Shown piece after piece: positions 57,757 through 64,000 of a DNA stretch of 64,000 nucleotides. This DNA comes from Candidatus Cloacimonadales bacterium (lineage in GTDB: Bacteria > Cloacimonadota > Cloacimonadia > Cloacimonadales > JAFGVF01). The notes below the pieces were generated by a model. That model was given only the letters and a program-made list of their open reading frames with translations, did not search any database and had not been told where the DNA came from. A program made the position numbers and the translations under genes. Location: NCBI GenBank assembly GCA_963677495.2, contig CAXXOU010000003.1, positions 416,001 to 480,000 of the forward strand, in the 5' to 3' direction. Each line of letters begins with the position of its first letter. Positions within the stretch are counted from its first letter, which is position 1.

Positions 57757-58904
57757 TGAAGAAACTATCAGTGTTTATGTTTATTGATGCTTTAGGATGG
57801 GAGATCGTGAAGAAACATCAGTTCTTAGAAGAACTTTTACCCTACCGTAATAAAGTGAAAATGCAATTCGGTTATTCCTGCACTGCTATTCCTACTATAC
57901 TGACCGGGCAGACACCGGAAGTACATAAACATCTGAGTTTCTATTATTATAACCCCAATGATTCACCTTTTAAAGCATTTAAACTGCTTAAATTCCTTCC
58001 TGGAGTGATCTTTGATCGCTGGAGATTCAGACATATCTTTTCTAAGATTATTGCTAAAGCTTACAGATATACCGGTTACTTTGAAATGTATGCTATGCCG
58101 TTTGATAGATTACCTTACTTTGACTACATTGAGAAAACTGACCTGTTTGTTCCCGGAGGTTTATCTCCTGTACCTAATCTTGCAGATAGGCTTGAGGAAG
58201 CTGGATTACGATATCATATTTCCAATTGGAGATTATCTGAAGAGGAGAATGTTTCGAGCTTGATTAAAGATGTCTCCGAGCAAAAGATAGATTTTGCCTT
58301 TCTTTATACTGCTGCAATGGATGGTCTTTTGCATCAGGTTACCAAAGATGGAAAAGAGGTAAGGCAGAAACTTGATTGGTATGCTGAGAAGATCTATGCT
58401 CTTACTCAAGAGATGGAAAAGAATTATGATGATTATAACCTATTCATAATTTCTGACCACGGTATGACTACATTAACAGAAACTGTTGATGCTAAAAAGA
58501 TTGTGGAAGCATTACCATTGAGATACGGGAAGGATTATGTAGCTGTTTATGACTCAACTATGATTCATTTCTATTACTTCAATGATAATGCCAGAAAATT
58601 GATTAAGGATGTGATTCCTTCAATTCCATTTTCAAAGCTTCTCAAAAAGGAAGACAAAGTTAGGTATGGTATCGATTTCCCTGATAATATGTATGGAGAA
58701 GATATTGTCTTGATGGATGCAGGCGTGCAAATTGCACCTTCCGATATGGGTAGAAGTACTTTACCCGGGATGCATGGTTTTGCTCCGGAACATGAAGATT
58801 CTTATGCCAGTTTTCTCTCAAACAAGAAAGTAGATAAAGAACCTGAATGGGTAGGAAATTACTTTGATATTATGATGGACGAAATAGAGAACTTAAAGAA
58901 ATAA
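57756..58904 (+). CDS. Alkaline phosphatase superfamily / nucleotide pyrophosphatase-phosphodiesterase
   Basis: FIDALGW, GYSCTAIPTILTG, DGLLH, ISDHGM, GMHGF. Confidence 0.8.
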   Translation: MKKLSVFMFIDALGWEIVKKHQFLEELLPYRNKVKMQFGYSCTAIPTILTGQTPEVHKHLSFYYYNPNDSPFKAFKLLKFLPGVIFDRWRFRHIFSKIIAKAYRYTGYFEMYAMPFDRLPYFDYIEKTDLFVPGGLSPVPNLADRLEEAGLRYHISNWRLSEEENVSSLIKDVSEQKIDFAFLYTAAMDGLLHQVTKDGKEVRQKLDWYAEKIYALTQEMEKNYDDYNLFIISDHGMTTLTETVDAKKIVEALPLRYGKDYVAVYDSTMIHFYYFNDNARKLIKDVIPSIPFSKLLKKEDKVRYGIDFPDNMYGEDIVLMDAGVQIAPSDMGRSTLPGMHGFAPEHEDSYASFLSNKKVDKEPEWVGNYFDIMMDEIENLKK

Positions 58905-58916
58905 CATAAAGTTTAT

Positions 58917-58953
58917 AAAAAAAAAGCAGGTCAATCCGACCTGCTATTTTTTT
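58917..58953. terminator. Bidirectional intrinsic terminator
   Basis: A-tract AGCAGGTC-aatcc-GACCTGCT T-tract between convergent genes. Confidence 0.85.
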
Positions 58954-58964
58954 ATCTGTAGTTG

Positions 58965-60227
58965 TTAATATTTGTATGTAAGGGATAATGCAATAGACAT
59001 GATATCCATTTGGTAAGTACCAGGCATTTCTGCACCATATTCCATAACAGCGTCTCTTTCGTTACCAAACAAATACTCGAAACCGAAGTCAGCTGCAAGC
59101 ACATCATTGTGGAAGCCAAAACCGGTTGTTACTGCGTGATAAGTATGTGAAGGGAACAGAATATTGATTGTTTCATTTGGAGCAGGAGAAGGGTCATAAT
59201 AGTACCCTAAACGTAAATCCCACATATTATGTACAGCAAACTCATTACCAATTCTGTATTGTGTTGCATCCACCCAATCCATATGAGTATGCTTAACCCT
59301 GTCATCAATGCCTGCACCATTTAAAGTACTATCAAAATCAAGTTCAGTTTTTAGTTCATCCATTATTGACCATTCAGTATATTGAACATCCGCTGAAAGT
59401 GTCCAGAAAGGCTTAACTTTAATAGCTGTACCAAAACCAAGCATCATAGGCCAAGTTACGTAACGTGTCATCTCTGCATTCATAGTTGTATAGCCACCTG
59501 TTCCATTAGGAGCTATAAGCTCTACATCATCTTGTGTGAATGCAAAATGTACAGGAGAACGATATGTGGCACCAATACTAAACTCATTACTGAAATCATA
59601 TTTAAGACCTAAATTTACACCAAAACCGGTACCTGTTGACTCTTCATTATACTGAGTATCAATTAGACCATCCATGTCCATATCGTCGCCCATATGGAGT
59701 TCCATTATGCCATAGCTAACTTCAGCTGTTGCACCTAAAGATAATTTATCTGTAGCTTGATAAGCAATTGAAGGTCCAAAATGAGCAACCATTACTTGGC
59801 TTTCCCAATCAAAAACTTTATTCAATGCCGGTAAATTCAAGTTAGTAAGATTAGCGCCATCCCATTCAGCACCAATAGCCGAAGGAACGCATAAACCTAA
59901 ACCAATGGCCATTTGTTCATTGAGTTTGTGATTCCAGAAAGCAAATGGAGGTGGATAGTGATTAGCTTCTGTTTCAGCATCAATCATAGCAGCTTGATTT
60001 TCATATGTTAATGTAGGTATAATATCATGTACACCTAACTGAATATGGTTTCCCTGTGATGCCAATCCGGCAGGATTCCAGTAAAAAGCAGTAGGGTCAT
60101 CAGCTAAACCTACCATTGCACCACCCATACCAAAGGCACGAGCTCCAACGGTATTGAGATTAAATCCATTTGCGAAAATTGAGAAACAAATTGTAACAGT
60201 TAACAATACTAATAACATTTTTTTCAT
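58965..60227 (-). CDS. OmpP1/FadL-family outer membrane transporter
   Basis: NGFNLNTVGARAFGMGGA...DDPTAFYWNPAGL; LRLGYYYDPSPAP; terminal aromatic residue; start 60227 with AGGAG RBS. Confidence 0.85.
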   Translation of the reverse strand: MKKMLLVLLTVTICFSIFANGFNLNTVGARAFGMGGAMVGLADDPTAFYWNPAGLASQGNHIQLGVHDIIPTLTYENQAAMIDAETEANHYPPPFAFWNHKLNEQMAIGLGLCVPSAIGAEWDGANLTNLNLPALNKVFDWESQVMVAHFGPSIAYQATDKLSLGATAEVSYGIMELHMGDDMDMDGLIDTQYNEESTGTGFGVNLGLKYDFSNEFSIGATYRSPVHFAFTQDDVELIAPNGTGGYTTMNAEMTRYVTWPMMLGFGTAIKVKPFWTLSADVQYTEWSIMDELKTELDFDSTLNGAGIDDRVKHTHMDWVDATQYRIGNEFAVHNMWDLRLGYYYDPSPAPNETINILFPSHTYHAVTTGFGFHNDVLAADFGFEYLFGNERDAVMEYGAEMPGTYQMDIMSIALSLTYKY

Positions 60228-60648
60228 TGTGTAAACTCCTTTTTTCATGTCCCTTTTTTGTAAGTTATGAACTTAACATGACAATATAACTGAACTAACT
60301 TCATATTGTAAACAAATAAGTTAAGAAATTATAAGGAATCCCATTAGCATTAATGGCTTTCTACTTGCGTATTAATTAGTTACGTTGTATACAATTAATG
60401 GATTCAATTCAGAATTATTTACTTTACAATAAGCAAAATTACTTGAGCTCATATATTGCTGTCACTAATTTGACTACAGTAAACAATTTCAAATGTGATA
60501 TTCTTTCGAGGCAAAACCACTGGCATGCCACATCTGATTAAGACTTGAACAAGTTGTATTTCTTGTACGATTTAGAAGATGCAGTGAAATCACTTTGAGA
60601 AAACTGATAAGCTTTGAAATGTATCCATTCCTCCAATATTTCATCCCC

Positions 60649-60794
60649 CTCATTCCACTATCATAATTCAACACTGTTGGTTCCTACTTCCTGATGAGTC
60701 TCTTGGGCATCACTTGGGTAAAATGATTAGAGAGTATCCGGAACTTCTCAAGTTTTTGATGTGCTAAGATTAGCAATTAAGATAGTGCAGTGAA
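60649..60794. mobile_element. MITE-like element, homolog of the 27099 and 48031 copies
   Basis: CTCATTCCACTATCATAATT ... GAGTCTCTTGGGCA ... AATTAAGATAGTGCAGTGA. Confidence 0.5.
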
Positions 60795-61047
60795 TAGGAA
60801 AGTGGAGTATAGCAAAATTCTGTTAAAAATAGAGGATAATTTGGATAAAATTCCACAGATTATAGAAATTTCACCAATAATTAGTTTGTTTCCATTATGC
60901 AGGCTATTTTTAATTGTTGCGTAAACTCTTGGGGTTAAATGATATATTAATTATAATGTAATTGGAATATAAACTGCAATGATATATTGTGACATTAATA
61001 TCACTGTCTAAATTTTGATGTCGGCGAGAGGGTTTAGTAATAAACAT

Positions 61048-61087
61048 ACCATTTATCTCCACACTCCCCGGAGATAAATGGTTTTTT
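61048..61087 (+). terminator. Terminator-like hairpin oriented for a + strand transcript
   Basis: ACCATTTATCTCC-acactcccc-GGAGATAAATGGT followed by a T-tract. Confidence 0.5.
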
Positions 61088-61092
61088 ATATT

Positions 61093-61125
61093 AAAAAAAG
61101 GGATAAGCATTTCTGCTTATCCCTT
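61093..61125 (-). terminator. Intrinsic terminator of the epimerase operon
   Basis: AAGGGATAAGCA-tttc-TGCTTATCCCTT with an A-tract on the left (U-tract on the minus strand). Confidence 0.85.
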
Positions 61126-61147
61126 AAATAGATATCAATTAAAACAC

Positions 61148-62203
61148 TTAAATCTTATAGAAATCTCTATACCAGGAAATGAACTTATCGATCCCTTCCT
61201 TAATTGGTGTTTCCGGTTTATAACCTAAATCCTCAATCAAATCAGTAACATCGGCATGACTAGCCGGAACATCTCCTGCTTGTAATGGAAGCAGTTCTTT
61301 ATCTGCTTCTACTCCTAAAGTTTCTTCTATGGCATTTATGAAATCCATAAGAAGAACTGGAGAGTTATTACCAATATTATAAATTTTGTAAGGAGCTTTT
61401 GAGCTTCCAGGGTCAGGACTAACAGCAGTCCATTTTGGATTTGGTTTCGCAGGACTAAAAATAACTCGTTTTATGCCTTCTACAATATCATCCACATAAG
61501 TAAAGTCTCTTTTCATTTTTCCATAGTTAAAGACTTTGATAGGTTTTCCTTTGAGAATATTCTCTGTGAAAATGAACAGAGCCATATCCGGTCTTCCCCA
61601 TGGTCCATATACTGTGAAGAATCTAAGCCCGGTTGTTGGGATATTGTACAGAGCTGAGTAAGAATGAGCAAGAAGTTCATTAGACTTCTTACTTGCAGCA
61701 TATAGACTTATTGGATGATCTACATTATCAGAAGTACTGAATGGCATGCTTTCATTCCAGCCATAGACACTAGAGCTACTAGCATATACAAGATGCTTTA
61801 TATCATTGTGTCTCGAAGCTTCAAGAATATTGTAAAATCCGATGATATTGCTTTGTAAGTAGGCATCAGGGTTAGTAATACTATATCTAACCCCAGCTTG
61901 TGCAGCCAGATTAACAACAACATCAAACTTCTCCTGTTCAAATAGTGCCATCAGGTTTTTCTGATCAGTTAGATCAAGTTTGATAAATCTATAATTATTA
62001 TGTTTCTTACTCTGGATAAGGATATTATGCTTAATATATTGCATTTCTATACCGGCTTCATGTAGTCTTCCATACTTAACACGAAGATCATAATAGTCAT
62101 TAATGATATCTAATCCGACTACTTCAACATTCTCTAGTGTAACAAGTTTGTTTACTAAATGGTACCCAATAAACCCAGCTGTACCTGTGACTAATATCTT
62201 CAT
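61148..62203 (-). CDS. NAD-dependent epimerase (UDP-glucuronate 4-epimerase type)
   Basis: GTAGFIG, LAAQAGVRYS, YASSSSVYG, YAASKK, RFFTVYGPWGRPDMA. Confidence 0.92.
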   Translation of the reverse strand: MKILVTGTAGFIGYHLVNKLVTLENVEVVGLDIINDYYDLRVKYGRLHEAGIEMQYIKHNILIQSKKHNNYRFIKLDLTDQKNLMALFEQEKFDVVVNLAAQAGVRYSITNPDAYLQSNIIGFYNILEASRHNDIKHLVYASSSSVYGWNESMPFSTSDNVDHPISLYAASKKSNELLAHSYSALYNIPTTGLRFFTVYGPWGRPDMALFIFTENILKGKPIKVFNYGKMKRDFTYVDDIVEGIKRVIFSPAKPNPKWTAVSPDPGSSKAPYKIYNIGNNSPVLLMDFINAIEETLGVEADKELLPLQAGDVPASHADVTDLIEDLGYKPETPIKEGIDKFISWYRDFYKI

Positions 62204-62212
62204 TCTAACTCC

Positions 62213-63169
62213 TTAAATACATGAACTATCTAGTGATCTATATATATTGATAATTTTGGACGCTATAACTGTATCTTTTAAATCTTCTATCATTTCTCTA
62301 CCATTAGAGCCTTCTTGATCATTGATTAACTCTAATACCGCATCTTTGATGATTGATGAATCATATTTGACTAACCTGCATCCATTACATTTTGGTAAGA
62401 TTTCTGGAACATCTCCACAAGGAGTGGATACAACATTTGCATTACAAGCAAGAGACTCCTTAATTACATTTGGTGAGCCTTCGTAGATTGAAGTAAACAA
62501 AACTAAATTTGCTGCATTATAGTAATATACTAACTCTTCATTGGGAATGTTTTTGAAAGGGACAATTGTTACATCTAAACCAGTTTTTGCTAAACTCTCT
62601 TTTGTTAAGGAGAAATTTTTCTCTGGTCTTTCCGGATTACCAGGAAAAACTACATAGATTTTATCTGTATCCCATCCTAAGTATTCTCTAGCTGTCTTAG
62701 TTGAGATTGGTTTAAATCTTTCGAACGAGACACCGTTTGGGATAACAGAGTAATTATTGTTTTCTTTGTTAAGATGAGAAAGAAGTTCTTTAGATTTAAC
62801 AATTACATGATCGTAATACCTGCAAAACAGATTGTTGATGGATTTATGTATACTACCAATAATCTTTTGTCCTGATATCTTATTCCAAAGCAACTCTGAG
62901 CCCATCATTGACACTACTAATTTTTCTTTGGTTCTAGCAAAATGAGCAACAATACCTAAATAACCGTAATGAGCATGTATAATGTCAAATTCATTATCTT
63001 TCAGATACTTTCTTAATAATGGAATAGATTTAATATAACCTTTGATTCCACTATGTTTCAATAGATAATACTCTACTTCTATTCCTTGCTTCTTCAGAGA
63101 CTCTCCCTGATTTTTAATTATGGGAGAAAGACCTATTCTAGTACCACTGCTTACAAACAAAACTTTCAT
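62213..63169 (-). CDS. Glycosyltransferase family 4
   Basis: DIIHAHY, VIPNGV, KNF, SIYEGSPNVIKESLAC...STPCGDVPE. Confidence 0.88.
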   Translation of the reverse strand: MKVLFVSSGTRIGLSPIIKNQGESLKKQGIEVEYYLLKHSGIKGYIKSIPLLRKYLKDNEFDIIHAHYGYLGIVAHFARTKEKLVVSMMGSELLWNKISGQKIIGSIHKSINNLFCRYYDHVIVKSKELLSHLNKENNNYSVIPNGVSFERFKPISTKTAREYLGWDTDKIYVVFPGNPERPEKNFSLTKESLAKTGLDVTIVPFKNIPNEELVYYYNAANLVLFTSIYEGSPNVIKESLACNANVVSTPCGDVPEILPKCNGCRLVKYDSSIIKDAVLELINDQEGSNGREMIEDLKDTVIASKIINIYRSLDSSCI

Positions 63170-64000
63170 TAGTGACTTCTCTCTCTCTTAACGAGAATAT
63201 TGAAAATACATTTAAAGAAATATGTAAAGTCAGTCCACAATGGATGTTTTAACTTCTTAAGTAAATAGCGTTTCTCTGACTGAACAATTTCCTCAAAACT
63301 ATGAGGCATATCAGCATAGAATGGCGGTAATAATCCAGGTTTGGTTTTAATTCTCAATTCCTGTACATCTTCAGGATACAAACTGAAATAATGCTCGCTT
63401 AATGCTCTAACCCCAACCAATCCAACTTCTCCTTTAAAGAAGTTTATAAACTGAGGTAACTCATCAATCCAAAGTTTTCTAAATACTTTACCCCAACTTG
63501 TAACTCGTGGATCGTTTGCAAATTTACCTCCCTTCTGAAGGTTGTAAGTTTGAAAGATATATTTTTGAAGATATTCTGAATAAGGGTGCATTGTCCTAAC
63601 TTTATATAGGTATATGATTTTTCCATCTTTACCACGACGTTTTAACTTGATTAAAGGTCCATATGATGGATTTATATCAGCACTTGGATGTTTCACCTTA
63701 CGGGCGACTAAGTATAGTTTTGAGCCGATCTTTTTCTTCTTTATTAATTCAAACCCACAATAATACAATCGTCCAAGAACTTCTGTTTCTGAAAGTGCTC
63801 TGTTTCTACCTTTCGTAAGCGCAAAGTAAAATCCTTTAAGCAACATCATTTTTGGGAAAACTCTTCTGAACCAGAAGTCAAAGACATAAATTATACTGCC
63901 AATAAAAGGTGTAAACTTCTTCATTAACTGTTTTTTTTGTTCATGGAAGGTTTCAACATTTGCAACAAGAACACCATCTGGTTTGATAATCTCGTTCAAC
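63169..64000 (-). CDS. Bacterial sugar transferase (priming phosphoglycosyl transferase), 5' end outside window
   Basis: YKVRTMH, DPRVTSWGKVFRKLWIDELPQFIN, LVGVR, KPGL; frame open to the window edge. Confidence 0.85.
   Translation of the reverse strand, partial: LNEIIKPDGVLVANVETFHEQKKQLMKKFTPFIGSIIYVFDFWFRRVFPKMMLLKGFYFALTKGRNRALSETEVLGRLYYCGFELIKKKKIGSKLYLVARKVKHPSADINPSYGPLIKLKRRGKDGKIIYLYKVRTMHPYSEYLQKYIFQTYNLQKGGKFANDPRVTSWGKVFRKLWIDELPQFINFFKGEVGLVGVRALSEHYFSLYPEDVQELRIKTKPGLLPPFYADMPHSFEEIVQSEKRYLLKKLKHPLWTDFTYFFKCIFNILVKRERSH

Overview
Low-GC bacterial chromosomal segment. The many secreted proteins ending in a 'NYPNPFNP' CTD and the PorV-like barrels point to an FCB-group anaerobe, most likely Cloacimonadota (inference, no search run). 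Much of the window is housekeeping: pcrA/uvrD, dxr, cobB, comM, rarA, guaD, iaaA, recA-recX, thpR, tsaE, a fadL-like gene and polysaccharide genes. Two observations stand out. (1) A tightly coupled 7-gene minus-strand operon (118-8108) encodes a natural FliF(RBM3)-TM-FliG(M+C) fusion and a flagellar-type MotA/MotB stator. It has no other flagellar genes and continues into an ExeA-like ATPase, Wzc, an SLBB-LCP protein and Wza. Divergent from it lie a giant FG-GAP/Ig-repeat adhesin with a type-B T9SS CTD and a PorP/SprF/PorV-like barrel. Together this is a candidate minimal non-flagellar rotary motor linked to polysaccharide export or surface adhesion. (2) Two adjacent ORFs (38615-40684) form one reading frame interrupted by a single TGA in a C-D-Y-G-(TGA) context, with a GC-rich SECIS-like hairpin 11 nt downstream. 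This is a candidate secreted selenoprotein. Intergenic DNA carries a family of ~145-175 bp inverted-repeat elements with exact 11-bp periodic cores (two contain paired DnaA-type boxes) and clusters of nested REP-like hairpins. I recognised no rRNA, tRNA, CRISPR array or transposase.
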